A stretch of 64,000 nt of DNA. Origin: the human T2T-CHM13v2.0 reference genome, Homo sapiens. Location: assembly GCF_009914755.1 (NCBI RefSeq), contig NC_060925.1. The stretch is one strand, 5' to 3'. Positions within the stretch are counted from its first letter, which is position 1. Every line of letters starts with the position of its first letter. Positions 23,560 to 37,272 of the stretch are shown here, piece by piece. A program made the translations under genes and the position numbers. A model generated the notes under the pieces. That model saw nothing but the letters and a program-made list of their open reading frames with translations. It did not search any database and was not told where the DNA came from.

Positions 23560-25500
23560 TTACCTTGATGTATATGCTGTTTTGATGGCAAAATCGTCAT
23601 TAAGCATTTAAAAATCTCGTAAGTTAAGTCTTCTCCCTTAGTATTACTATTCTTTTGCAAAATACTTTTTGTTATTCCTACCTGTTTACTCTTTGAGATG
23701 AACTTCAGAATCATTTTACCAAATTATCTCCCCAAATTGAGATTTCCCTTGAAATAATACTATGCCTAAAAGTTAATCCAGGGACCATTAATATCTTCAA
23801 AGTATTTATCTCATCTAAGAATATGATAAGTCTATCTCTTTGTTGATGTTGACTTTTACAGCTCTAGGTAAGTTTTAAAACTTCTTCAGAAAAGCTCCAC
23901 ATGTATTTCATTAGAGTTATTGCAATGACCTAGATTTTTGTTGTTATTCTGAAAGAAACTATGAAAGTTTTTTTCCTACTAATTATCCTAATTATTATTT
24001 GCTTATAGAAAAAAAATCCTTTCATAATTTTACTTTTTATTGCCTCACTTCTGAAATTACATTAATTCTAAGAGCTTTTCAGTTGAATTATCTTGATTTT
24101 TCTTTGTATTTAATTATGTCATCTGCAAATAATGATAATTTTGTCCTCTTTTAAAATATTCATGCATCCTCTTTCCATTTTATACCACATTGTGCTGGAC
24201 AGTATGTTCATTGGTAAGAACGTGAAATAATGATGGCAGTGGCAGAAATTCTGGTCAGCTTCCCAGTTTTAATTGGGATTGTCCCTAGTGCTCCACGATT
24301 AAGCATTATGCTGGCTGGTGTTTTATGATGCTTATTTTTAATCATCTATAGAAATATTCTATTCTTAGTTTTCTAAAGGTTTCTTTTTCATCTGTAAGAA
24401 ATATGTTGCATCGTATCCTATATTTTTTGACATTTGTTGAAATTACCATATGTTTGTCTCCTTTGAAATATTGCTATGATGCAATATATTAATAGATTCC
24501 CTAATATTAAAAACATTCTTAAACTTTACGACATCCCTTATTTCATTGTAGTGGGTAAGTTTCACTTATTCTTTATAAAAATATGGATTTTTACGTACAT
24601 ATTTATAATTGAGACCAGTCTATAGTGATTAACTCCTCTCAAATGTGAAAGCAGATGTTATCATCTGGGGAGCAATTTTAAAATGAAGATTACATAATCC
24701 AGTAGCCATGACAGAAGAGAAAGATGAATTTGATTCTCAAACAATTTTAATTTTCTAATAGAAAGTAATGCTCTATAGTTAAAATAAAAATAGTCATGTG
24801 TTAACAAATTGACAGGAGATCAATTTCATATTCTTCAAAGTGCTCAAGAAATCAATTATGAAAAGAGAAACAATCTAATAGTAAAGTGAACAGTGGTTAT
24901 GAACAGGCATTTTACAGAAACAAAATTATAAATGAGCAATATAATTTGAAACAATGCCCAACCTCTTTGTTAATTAAAGACCTACAATTAAAACTCTAAT
25001 AGGTATTGTTTTATGCCTATCAAAAATAGCAAAGTTCCCAACATTTGACGATGATACCCAGTCCTGGCAAGAGTATGGGGAAATGGGAATTCCTATTCCT
25101 TGTTTCCAGAGAAGGGTTTGGCAATAGTTATCAAATTAAAATCTGTGTCCATTAGATCCAGCAATTCCGCAGCTAATAATTTACAGTATGGATTTATTCA
25201 CCAAATATACATAGAAAGTACAAAACTAAGTCAAAACAACTGTTATATCCACTAATAGAAAACCGATTGAATAAATTAAGGCATATTTATTTGATAGATA
25301 GTAGGTTGTTATGAAAAAGAATAGATAGATCTGTGTGTACTGATATGAAAAATTTCAAATATAAATTATTAAGTGAAGGAAAGCAAATTGCAGAAGAGTA
25401 AGCATATTCTGACCCTTTTTGTAGATATGTTGAATGTTGGACAAATATAGATGCTAGTATGTGCATCTTTTTTATTCTTCATACTACACTGTTACCTAGG
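23560..25500. mobile_element. Old L1ME fragments (minus ~23560-24620, plus ~24700-25500)
   Basis: aattatgtcatctgcaaataatgataatttt; atgaacaggcattttacagaa; gatccagcaattcc. Confidence 0.65.
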
Positions 25501-25526
25501 AAATATGTATAAGAATAAGGTAGTAA

Positions 25527-25835
25527 GGCCGGGCACGGTGGCTCACGCTACCATGTAATCCCAGCACTTTGGGAGGCCAAGGCAGGCGGATCACCTAGGG
25601 TCAGGAGTTTGAGACCAGCCTGGCCAATATGGTGAAACCCCGCCTGTACTAAAAATACAAAAACATTAGCCAGGTGTGGTGGTGGGTGCCTCTAATCCCA
25701 GCTACTCAGGAGGCTGAGGCAGGAGAGAATTGCCTGAACTCGGGAGTCGGAGGTTGCAGTGAGCCAAGATCATGCCATTGCACTCCATCCTGGGCAACAA
25801 GAGAGAGACTCTGTCTCAAAAATAAAATAATAATA
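25527..25835 (+). mobile_element. AluS
   Basis: ggccgggcacggtggctcacg...; full dimer. Confidence 0.93.
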
Positions 25836-26904
25836 AGATTGTGAGAAGGAAGGAGGTCAAGGACACGTTTTATTGTGTACTCTCTGCACTGTCTGAATCT
25901 TCTATATTACCTCCACTAAAATGTAATATCAGCAAAGGTTTTCTGACATTTTTAAAGTTTGTTTGCTTCTAAGTACTTTTTAATATTAAATTGATAATAA
26001 GAATTTAATATCATATTCCCAGGTTCCATCCTTAATGATTCAAAAGGTGAGATGTGGAACCCAGGAACCTGACATTTTTACAAATATTCCCAGAAAATTC
26101 AACGTAGGTGGTTGGGAAACACACTGAAAATCTCAGTTCTGTAGCTATGCTATTTTGCTTTATCTCATTCAAATATGAATACCAACATGAAGCCAGCATA
26201 ATATCTGTCCATGATTTTCTATGATCTGGAAAAGTTACATAGCATATGAATTATCAATGTCTTGAAAATATGGAAAAAATACCAATAAAATAAGAACCTT
26301 TGTAGAAATAATGCATTGATATCTTACTTATTTTCTTCAAAAGCTAATTTTATAGTCTTCTACTTATTTTTTTGAATCACATAGAGTCAATTATGTTTTC
26401 ATCCCAAAGTACAGAGATTTTCAAACTTATTGCCGTAGTGAAACAAATAAATCTCTAAAACTTTCTTCTCTACCATATCCATTATATAACCCCTTTCTGA
26501 TTTCTCAGTTTTATTTATGAATATCCCTTTCATTTTTCCTTTATTATCCTCTATTTTGTAAGTATTTCTAAAGAAGCTAGCCCTTGAACTTTTTGATTAG
26601 CACTAATTATTCTGTCCCTGTTCTCTATTTAATATCTGCTTTTATCTTTATTATTTCTTTCCATTTCTATTTTAATTAAATGAGTTTTATTGTTTTTTGC
26701 AACTTAAAACAGTCATTTTCACCCTTCTCTACTTAATTATAAAAGCATATGAAGTACTATATGTTACTGTAAGTATAATCCTAGCCACATATCATAATTT
26801 TCTAAGTAAGTCTCTTAATATGATTCATCATCTTTAGCAATAATTTTACTTTTCCTTTAACATAGTGGTTAACACATCTTAAAGAATTGTCATGTAACCG
26901 TTCC

Positions 26905-27212
26905 ATGTAACTGTGGCTCATACCTATAATGCCAGCACTTTTGGAGTCCAATACAAAAAATCACTTGAAGCCAGAAGCTCAAGACCAGCCTGAGCAACAG
27001 AGACTCTCATCTCATCTCTACAGAAAAAAAAAACAAAAAAAATTAGCCAGGTATAGTGGCATGTATGCCTGTGGTCCCGGCTACTCCAGAGGCTGACGTG
27101 AGATCACTTGAGCCCCAACCCAGAGTTTGAGGCTGCAGTGAGCTTTGATCATGCTGCTATGCTCCATTCTAGGACACAGAGCAAAATACTGCCTCTTAAA
27201 ACTGAAAAAAGA
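26905..27212 (+). mobile_element. AluJ (diverged)
   Basis: gtggctcatacctataatgccagcac...tttgaggctgcagtgagct. Confidence 0.88.
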
Positions 27213-27782
27213 AACTATCATGTGATTTAATGTTTTTGTTTAAATTTTAATTATTAATATCTGATGAAAATGTAAAGTTTTAGAAAATATAATTATGCTA
27301 CATCTGTGTTTTGAAATTTCTTGAGGTTTTCTTCACATACTTAATCTGTATGTAAGCATTTTAAATGTATATTCTATCTATTAATAGATATGTATTAACT
27401 CATTCTTGTCAAATAGTATTTATTAGTTTAATTCTGTTAAGTTATATTGTCAATCTATCTTTGTCTTTGATTTTTGGCTATCTAATGTTTCAAAGTATAA
27501 GAGGGGTGTGGTAAATTTTCCTACAACAATTTTACTTCAATTCATTTCCATGTCCTCTCTATGTTCTCTAATCTTAGGTGTCTCTTGTTTTTCAGGTAGA
27601 TTTTAGAGGCTTTAACTTATTAAAATATATGCTTGAGTTTACTTTAGGCACCTTGTTTTATTCATGCAGTCATTTAGCAAATATTCAATACTCACTCTGT
27701 AACAGTATCAGCTGGCAGAGCCATGTGCTAGAGTTCTGGCCAGTAAGGTATAGGCAGAAGTCCGCTGGAGTGACCGCTTCCT

Positions 27783-28090
27783 TATTTTTATTTATTTATT
27801 TATTTATTTTTGAGAAGGAGTTTGGCTCTGTCGCCCAGGCTAGAGCGCAGTGGTGCGATCTTGGCTCACTGCAACCCCTGTCTCCAGAGTTCAAGCAATT
27901 CCTCTGCCTCAGCCTCCCTAGTAGCTGGGATTACAGGTGCCCACCACATGCCCGGCTAATTTTTGTATTTTAGTAGAGATGGGGTTTCACCATGTTGGCC
28001 AGGCTGGTCTTGAACTCCTGACCTCAAGTGATCTGCCTGCCTCAGCCTTCCAAAGTGCTGGGATTACAGGCGTGAGCTACCACGCCAGCC
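27783..28090 (-). mobile_element. AluS inserted into an MLT1-type LTR remnant (~27700-28315)
   Basis: Full dimer with (TTTA)n tail; flanks gccatgtgctagagttctggcc and gagaaaaataaatttctattgg...acttgcaactgaa are MLT1-like. Confidence 0.9.
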
Positions 28091-28389
28091 CTTTCTCTCT
28101 TCTTACCGGATGCAGTCAGCTTGCTGGAGCTATAGCAGTCACTTTGTAAGCATGAAGGAAGGACCAAGACTTGTAGTTATACCTTCCACCATTATTTACT
28201 TACCGAAACAACATAAACAAGTATCTACCTCTGGAATTCCTCTTATCAGAGAAAAATAAATTTCTATTGGTTGAAGCTGTTAGCTGGCTATTGTGTACTT
28301 GCAACTGAAGACATTTTTAATTAATCTATGTCTTTACTTCTGTACCTCAAATTTTCAAAAATATATTTGAAACTACACATTTTTAATTA

Positions 28390-28452
28390 TTAGGTTGGTG
28401 CAAAAGTAATTGCGGTTTTTGCTATTTTAATGCAGTTTTGCCATTACTTTTT
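28390..28452. mobile_element. MADE1 half element
   Basis: ttaggttggtgcaaaagtaattgcggtttttgc (Hsmar1/MADE1 TIR); no right TIR. Confidence 0.85.
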
Positions 28453-29120
28453 TTAATATAAAAATCAAGCACCCTTCAATAACTCCGTAGGTAATAAAAT
28501 AAATTAGAGTGCTTTAAACTCTACTGCCTTCCTTCCCATTTTCCAATTTTTATAACATTTGTAAAATCAAAATTTTATTTTGATTGAATTTTTACATTAA
28601 GTATCTTTTTCATATCATGTTACTTTCCATTCAAGTTATAAACCATATTACAACAATTATTTAGAATTAACATTTTGTGTCCAATATTATCAGTTTACAT
28701 TAAGTTTTTTAAGAGTTCAATTTGTTCACTCTTGGATAAAAGCTTTTCACCCATCTTTTGGGCAGCTGACAGTTGTCTTCAGGCATTTTTCCTAAAGGAT
28801 ACAAGAATGCTATTTCTCTTTTAAATCCTTCCCTAATTAAAAACGCCTTTATTTTGCCTTTAAACATGAATAACATGTAAGACAACAACATCTTGTTAAA
28901 ATTGTAGAATTCTTGAGTTAACATATTCCATAAAAACTCCAGATTTCAAAAACTATCTTATGAAGTTTTTATGTAGTATTATGAAGAGAAGCCTATGAGC
29001 AGCATAGTTTTTTTCCTTGCTAAAGTACACTTTTAAAATTCTTTCTGAAGAAGTGTAAGAATGTGATACTCTATCAGCAATTTATCCTGGAAGAGGTTAA
29101 GCCCATTGGATCACAGCTCA

Positions 29121-29201
29121 AATGATCATGATGATGGATGGTGATGGTGATGATGACATTAGGAGTAACAATGGTAGTAATGGTGATGACGATGATGACG
29201 A
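29121..29201. repeat. (GAT/GGT)n low-complexity repeat
   Basis: atgatcatgatgatggatggtgatggtgatgatg... Confidence 0.85.
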
Positions 29202-29661
29202 TTTTAGCTCAGGAAAGTTTTCTTCTGTATATCTTTTCTTATTCCTTCTTTTCTCTTGGTTTATTTCTTCTGAATATTGCCTGTTTAAAATTGGTTTCTG
29301 TTCTCTGTATCAAATTTCTCTCTCTGTTTTTAAACCTATTACCTTACCATTCATAGAAAGATGTAGTTTGCCTTCTACGTCATTGACTTGGTTTTCTGTA
29401 GTGTCTGTTCTCCTATTTATTACCTTCAAGGTACATTTTAATTCTGTTTAATTCTGTTTATAAGTTACCAGAATTCTCTTATTGTGCCCATAAAATCCTT
29501 TTAAATATCTACTGGCATTCCAGAGAGCCACTATTATCTCATCTCTCCACTCTTGTCCCATAAGTCCGTGCTTCCTCATATTTATTGAGAAATACACAGA
29601 GAACATCATCTAGTTTATTTTTCTTCATTTGTTTTATTTTTTTCTGAAAATGTTATTTTAG

Positions 29662-30940
29662 TTTTTTTTTTTTTTCTTCTAACTTTTATTTTAGATTCAG
29701 GGAGTACCTATGCAGGTTTGTTACATGAGTAATTTGCATGTCGCTGGGCTTTGATGTACAAATGATTTTGTCACCCAGGTATTGAGCCAATAGGCAGTTT
29801 TTCAATCCTTACGTTCCACCTACCCTCCACCTTCAAGTAGGCTACAGTGTCTATTGTTGCCATCTTCATGTCCATGTGTACTCAATGTTTAGCTCCCACT
29901 TATAAGTGAGAACATGCAGTATTTGGTTTTCTGTTCCTGTGTTAATTCACTTAGATCATGGCCTCTAGCTTCTTCCATGTTGTTGCAAAGGACATAATTT
30001 TGTTGTTGTTTATGGCTGTGTAGTATTCCATGGTATATATGTACTACCTTTTCTTTATCCAGTCCACCATTGACGAGTATCTAGGTTGATTCCATGTCTT
30101 TGCTGTTGTGAATTGTGCTACAAAGAACATATGCATGCATGGGTCTTTATAGTAGAACAATTTATATTCCTTTGGGTATATATCTGGAATGACACTGCTG
30201 GGTCAAATGGTAGTTCTGTCTTGAGTTCTTTGAGAAATCTACAAACTGATTTCCACAGTGGCTGAACTAATTTACATTCCCAGAAGGATGTGTATGTGTT
30301 CCCTTTTCTCCACAACTTTTCAAACATCTGCTTTTGTTTTGTTTTGTTTTATTTTGTTTTTCTGAGTCAGGGTCTCACTTTGTCCCCCAGACTGCCATGC
30401 AGTGGCCTGATCATGGCTCATTGCAGCCTCAACCTCTTGGGCTCCAGCAATCTTCCTCTCTCGGCCTCCCAAGTAGCTAGGACAATAGGCACATACCACC
30501 ACACCCAGCTAATATTTTTTAATTTTTTTCTAGCGATGTAGTCCCTGTGTTGCCCAGGCTGGTCTCAAACTTCTGGGCTCAAGTAATCCTCCTGCCTTGG
30601 CCTCCCAAAATGCTGGGATTAGAGGGGTGAGCCACTGTGCCCAGCCAGTTGTTTGTTTGTTTTTTTTTAACTTTTTAATCATAGCCATTCTGACTGGTGT
30701 GAGATAGTATCTTACTGTTTTGATTTGAATTTCTCTAATGAGTATTGATGTTGAGCATTTTTTCATATGCTTGTTGGCTGTGTATATGTCTTCTTTTGAG
30801 AAGTGTCTGTTCATATCTTCTGCCATTTTTAAATAATTTTTGTTGATTTATTTAAGTTCCTTATAGATTCTGGTGATTAGACCTTTGTCATATGCATAGT
30901 TTGCAAATATTTTCTCCCATTCTGTAGGTTGTCTGCTTGG
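29662..30940 (-). mobile_element. L1P (L1PA-old/L1PB) 3' end
   Basis: Poly-T tail then tgcaggtttgttacatg, tttagctcccacttataagtgagaacatgcagtatttggttttctgttcctg; L1 ORF2 C-terminal peptides in minus ORFs 30118-30327 and 30530-30826. Confidence 0.92.
30331..30647 (-). mobile_element. AluJ inserted in L1
   Basis: cagggtctcactttgtc...atcatggctcattgcagcctcaacctc...gcccagcc. Confidence 0.9.
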
Positions 30941-31399
30941 CATTTCTCTTGGACAATATAGACAGTTGAAATACCAGACTATTTTTATTGGTTTCATGTT
31001 GTTATCTTTCTGTTTGCTCATCCTTGAGTAATTTGAGTTGAGTTGAGGACCTGTTTTGCCATTGAGTATTTCTTAATGTGTTATTCTTTCCAGAAATTAG
31101 CAAATAATTGACTGATAGCTTTAATTTCTGGCTGTTGTCACTTGGCATCTGAGTTATCATGGCTGCTTCAGTGGAAAAGTAGAATGAAGTTAATCAGGTA
31201 CAGATGTCTTACTGCCATCCTAACAAGAAATGCTCCCTTTTCTTTTACTAAAAGAGGGAGACTTCCTATTTCATGAACTGCATGGATTTCAAATGCATCT
31301 GATAGTGATTTTAAAAATAAATGAGGAAGTTTGATTACTGGTACATTATACTCAACATGCATGCAGTAGAGAAGCAATACAGTAGTATGGATAAAAATA

Positions 31400-31630
31400 T
31401 AGGTTTGAAGATGAGTTGGGTACCTTTCCACAGTGTGACCTCAGGAGACCCACATCTGTGAGTCTCAGTTTCCTCGTGCACAAAATGGCACTAATAATAT
31501 CTACCTCACAGAGCTACTGGGAAAATTAAATAATATCCTATATATTATATGCAACATATCACTAACATGTTAGGTATTGTTAATACAGAATCTAATACAT
31601 GACAAGTATTCAATAAATAGTAGCAACTAT
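31400..31630 (+). mobile_element. MIR
   Basis: gtctcagtttcctcgtgcacaaaatggcactaataatatctacctcacagag. Confidence 0.7.
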
Positions 31631-31682
31631 AAATATTTTCTTAGTTGCATAATATTTTGTAAAATCTGCTGTTTTCCATTCC

Positions 31683-31966
31683 TTTTCATTTTCTTTTTTT
31701 TTTTTTTTTAGACGGGGTCTCACTCTGTTGCTCAGGCTAGAGTGTAGTGGCATGATCTCAGCTCAGTGCAGCCTCCGTTTCCCAGGCTCAACTGATCCTC
31801 TCACCTCACCCTCCTAAGTTGCTGGGACTACAGGCGCATACCACCATGCCCACCTAATTTTTGTATTTTTTGTAAAGAAAGGATTTCACCATGTTGCCCA
31901 GGCTTGTCTCAAGCTCCTGGGCTCAAGCAATCTGCCTGCCTTGGCTTTGCAAAGTGTTGGGATTAG
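31683..31966 (-). mobile_element. AluJ, missing its 5' ~25 nt
   Basis: Poly-T then dimer; ends abruptly at gggattag. Confidence 0.9.
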
Positions 31967-32621
31967 CCCCTTTTTCTTTCTAAGCAAATCATCTGTAATA
32001 ATTTATTTGGAGTACCTAGTAATAAAATTTCTAAATAAATACCATTCCACTTTTAAAAACATTTAATTAGCTTTATTCACATTAAAATACATGATTACAG
32101 GTCTGTTGCTAGCCATCGATCAATTCGATCAAGTAAACAAGAATCCTGAAGTATTTCAAGAACTGTGGGATGTACTCAGTCAACATATAAGTTTGACTCA
32201 ATTTTACATACTGATAAGTAATTCAAGAGTTTCATGATAAAGTCTTTTCACAGACTAAGAAAGACGAAAATATTATCTGGAATTTGGTTTCATTTTCATC
32301 AGGTGAAAAATACTTTCACTGTGGACATATTTATCCAACTTAGGTTCACAGAAGGAATGTTTTCAGTTGGTTACAAATATCAAAATGAATTGTCATCTGC
32401 TGGCAGGGAAATAGGGAACCAGAGACGGGGGGGGACTGAGAAAAATTCAGAAAACACCACTTGCTTTTATCTGGCTAGTTCACAACATAAACGACCCAAG
32501 CTACAACCAAAGTTTGAAATGTTTTTTCACATGGAAAAATTAGAAATAATTTTATTGTTTGCTTTGTAATTAAATTGATTCCTTTACAACTTTGTGGAAA
32601 GTTTTTACATTGAAAATCTCT

Positions 32622-33344
<723 letters not shown>

Positions 33345-35152
33345 TTAATGCCTTATGCTGTTTCCCTTTGATAAGCAGCCCCTGCAGGCCCCCTGAGTGA
33401 TCTCCAGTTCCTAAAGCCACAGGTGTTCTCATCTATTCTAGAGAAACTGCAGGAGCATAGTGAATTAAAATGGTTTCACTTTTGCTCACGGGAGCCACCT
33501 ACTGTGTCACTTTTACATTGTCCACATCCAACCCAGGTAAAGATAGGCTTTTTGGGGGAGCTAGGGGTATGATATTTTTAATAATTCAAAATTCTTAGAA
33601 TATTAAATGTGTCCATGACTTTAAGAAAGGGGTTCTTTCTATCTGCAGTATAATTTCTGAAAAAAAAATGATTTGACTAGATATGTAAAATGCCAGAAGG
33701 CACTAGTAACTAAAAATCTAGCCAAGATAAAGTATCTTTTCAACGATTTTGTAAGTCAATGCACTGGGGAGAAGAAGGAGATGAAAGCCATCCAAAATGG
33801 GCCATGTCCTTCCATTTCACATTCAGAATCAGCTCTACTGCTGAGACCCCTATATGTAACATTTATCCTGTTATTTGGAAAATGGTATGGTGTGTTTGAA
33901 GACCACCCTCCAGGCAGTCTGAAACTCCAGACTGGAGGCTCAGCTCAAACCAACCATCACAAATTATATGACTGCACAAATCAATTTCTCTCTCTTAACT
34001 TCAGTTCAAACATCTTAAATGTGAGTGCAGTAGACTAAATCAGAGGCCTCAGAACTTCTTGTTTAATACGGATAGAACACAAGTATATGAAAAGAGATAA
34101 AACTGGATTGGACCCAGAGCAATCCTAAGGAACCCCAGGGCTCTGTGTGACTCAGTTTCCAAACCGCTAGATCAAGAGATTCCAAAGACATTCTCTAGCT
34201 CTAATAGTCTATGATTCAACATTGAAAATATTAAAAAAAAAAAAAAAAAACCCAGAACCCTATGTCTCCATCTATATAATATGTCCCAGAGGTTTAGCTC
34301 TGAGGAAATTGGTCCAAGTTGCATCACTGGAAGAAGAAGAGAAAAAGAAAATAATGAAAAAAGAAAAATTGACTTCGCTCTAATGAACTCAAACAGGAGC
34401 TGGTTAGTATTTCTGAATCTTTGCCAGGGCTTCAGCCTCCCCTCTGAAAAAGTACATGTGGGGAACACAGAGCCCCATCAAATGAAAAGAGATGGAGTGC
34501 ACAAGAGGACTTTCCAAAAGAAAAGCTCTTCTCCTTGAACTCTGCAGGATCCATTTGCACTACTGGACATTTCTGACACTGGAGAGAAAAAATGCTTAGT
34601 AGGAACCCTCTGTCCTCATAACAGGTTTCTCCTGTTTGTTGCTTTGTGAACTAATGTAAATCAAATAAAGCAATGTACTCAAACCACAGTGGACCTGAGT
34701 GTATAAATGAGGAACAGGTGGTGATTAAGTGTATAGTGTCATTTCTATTTTGTGACGTTAATGGATCACAAAAGCACTATAGTCCACATGGCAGGAGTGG
34801 TCACAGCCACCCCACATACTCTTCTTCTAAATGTGATCTCCAAACCTCCTTCCCTTCTCATCTCCCACTCAGTTCTGGGAAATGCAGAAAAATGTGTAAT
34901 AGTTAGTGACAGAAAGAGCCACTGACCTAAATACATGGTGGGTCATTTATTATGCATGGCTTCTGATCAAGGAATTAGAGAGTTTTCATTCAATCTTTAT
35001 TTTCAGCCACTCAAGTTCCATTTCCCTTGCTTTATTTAGTTTTGACAAAGACAGTTTCTGTATTTACACTTAACATGCTTAGTTTCCCTAAATATTCAAG
35101 GATACCATCAACCCTCACTGGAGGCCTCTTTGATAATGGCAGGTATAATTTC

Positions 35153-35531
35153 TGTATTAGTTTTCTGTTGTTGCATAACAAATCACCCATCCCCCCCACC
35201 AAAAGAACAACTTAGTGGCTTAAACAATAAGCATATATTATCTCACACAGTTTCTGTAGGGTCAGGAATTTGGAAGTGGGGTAATTTTGGCTTGAGGTCT
35301 CTGATGAGATTGCAGTCAAGATGTCAGCCAGAACTCCAGTCATCCGAAGGCTCATCTGGGGTGGGAGAATCTGCTTCCAAGATGGCTCACTCACATAGCT
35401 GTTAGCAAGAAACCTAGGTTTCTCACTAGAATTGACAGGAGGCCTTCGTACCTTACCACATGGACCTCTGAATAGGGCTGCTTGAGTGTCCTCACAACAG
35501 GGAAGCCAGTGTCTCCCAGAGTGAGTGAACT

Positions 35532-35563
<32 letters not shown>

Positions 35564-35750
35564 ACGAGAAGGATGCCTTATGATGTTGATGACCTAGTCT
35601 CATAAATCACACATCATCACTCCTTGTATATTCTATTTATCAGAAGTGAGCCACTAAAGCTGAACCCATGCTTAAGGGGAAGGGAATTAGACTCCACATG
35701 TTTTAGGGGAGACACACCAAAGAATTTGCAGACACATTTTAAAACCAACA
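35153..35750 (-). mobile_element. MLT1 (E/F-like) MaLR LTR with internal (GA)n
   Basis: tgtattagttttctgttgttgcataacaaatcacc...cttagtggcttaaacaata...ttttaaaaccaaca. Confidence 0.85.
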
Positions 35751-35856
35751 AATCTTAGGATGGCCCAGAATCTGAAAATGGAAACTTTGAAAAAGTACTG
35801 CAAGGTAACGATTCAAATGTCAAAAAGATTTTCTGCAGGATTTTGTTGCTTGGCAG

Positions 35857-36409
35857 TGTAGGGGAGCCAGAGGTCACTTCCAAACCCTTTTTAACTCTTA
35901 GTGGGCTCTTTGGCTTGACCTAGGAGCCAAATTGACATCAGGTAGATTAATAAGAAAAAATCGTAAAAACTTTATTAGTTTTACATGTACATGGGGATCT
36001 TCACAAGAGTGAAAATCGAAGAAGTGGCCAGAGCAAGATGCTTTTTAGACAAAAACCAATAAACTTGAGAGGACAAAGAGGATCTGGCTAAGGGCAGTAA
36101 ATTTCTTCAGGGTTCACTAGGAGATATATGAGGGGTGGAGAAGTAGTGAAAGATAAGGGCTACCTTAGTAAATATGTTTATTATAGTTCATTGCAGCCCC
36201 CAGTTCCCAATCTCTGTGATAAGGACTATTTTGTCACTCTAGTACAGGGAGGGGGCCCCTTCCAGAGGAATCTCTGTGACTTGCTGTCTGCTGGAAGAGA
36301 TAGGTCAGCTTGCCCTTTCTGAAACTACAATTTCTTCAATGTTTTTAACTCAAAATAATCAATATACCAATTCAGCATATTTTGGGATAGCGTGTCCTTC
36401 ACTCCTTCA
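35857..36409 (-). mobile_element. ERV1 solo LTR (MER34/MER31 group)
   Basis: TG...CA termini; 4-bp TSD gcag (35853-35856, 36410-36413); minus strand begins TGAAGGAGTGAAGGACACGCTATCCCAAAATATGC. Confidence 0.78.
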
Positions 36410-37151
36410 GCAGTGGCACAACACACATAAGTATTGGTTTACAGATCATTAATTACTTGATAATAAGATTAGAATCAGAGGATCTTTAATCTAAATGTCA
36501 GAAAGAAGGAGTACTTAACATTACAGATATCTCTTAACAAATTACAGATATCTGTCATGATCTTGTAAAGTAATGTGGAAAATGGTTTAATTCATAGAGA
36601 TTTTCAGGAACACATCTGAAGTATACAAGAAACTGGCTTTGGAATTTCTCTGCTGTGAAGATGCAAGGAAGTCAAAGATTAAATAAACAAAGATGATGAT
36701 AAACATAGATGCTAATGAAAATGTTAATGCTTCTAACCCAGCTGATGATAAAGAAGATAAAGAAATTGAAGTGATTCTTAGGTGACTACAGTAATTTTTT
36801 TGGAAGTACTTCCATGATTTTGCCAAATTTTACAACAACTCTTGGAATAAAAGGAGTGGCAATGATTGTGCCATTTTTATTGTGTGTTGAGGGTAGAAGG
36901 GAGAGAGTGAAGCTTGATATTCATATACCAAAACCAAAAGTTAATTCTTGCTGAAAGTAAAAAGTAAAAAATCAGTCAGACTACTTTACTGACATAGAGG
37001 CAAATAACCAACTTATTTGTGTAATTTTATTTTTTTCATTTCCAACAGTTTATTTCAGCATCACACAAATATAGCAACTTCCCCATTCCCCCCAAAATGT
37101 AAAAGGTTTTCTGACAGAGTCAATAACATTTACACTTATGAAACAAACTAT

Positions 37152-37272
37152 TTAGGTTGGTGCAAAAGTAATTGAGGTTTTTGCAATTAAATTTAGGTTG
37201 GTGCAAAAGTAATTGCGGTTTTTGCCATTACTTTTAATTGCAAAAACCTCAATTACTTTTGCACCAACCTAA
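37152..37272. mobile_element. MADE1 MITE with an extra (third) TIR arm
   Basis: Complete ~80 bp MADE1 at 37193-37272, preceded by another ttaggttggtgcaaaagtaatt arm at 37152-37191. Confidence 0.93.

Noticed and set aside
29122-29451. ORF with a poly-Asp/Met N-terminus
   Set aside because: Arises from the (GAT)n low-complexity repeat followed by T-rich sequence.
36540-36850. Purine-rich, coding-looking stretch (gatgatgataaa...gaagataaagaaattgaa)
   Set aside because: Frequent stops in the plus frame I read and no plus-strand ORF in the track; may be an old transposon or pseudogene remnant, but I cannot assign it.
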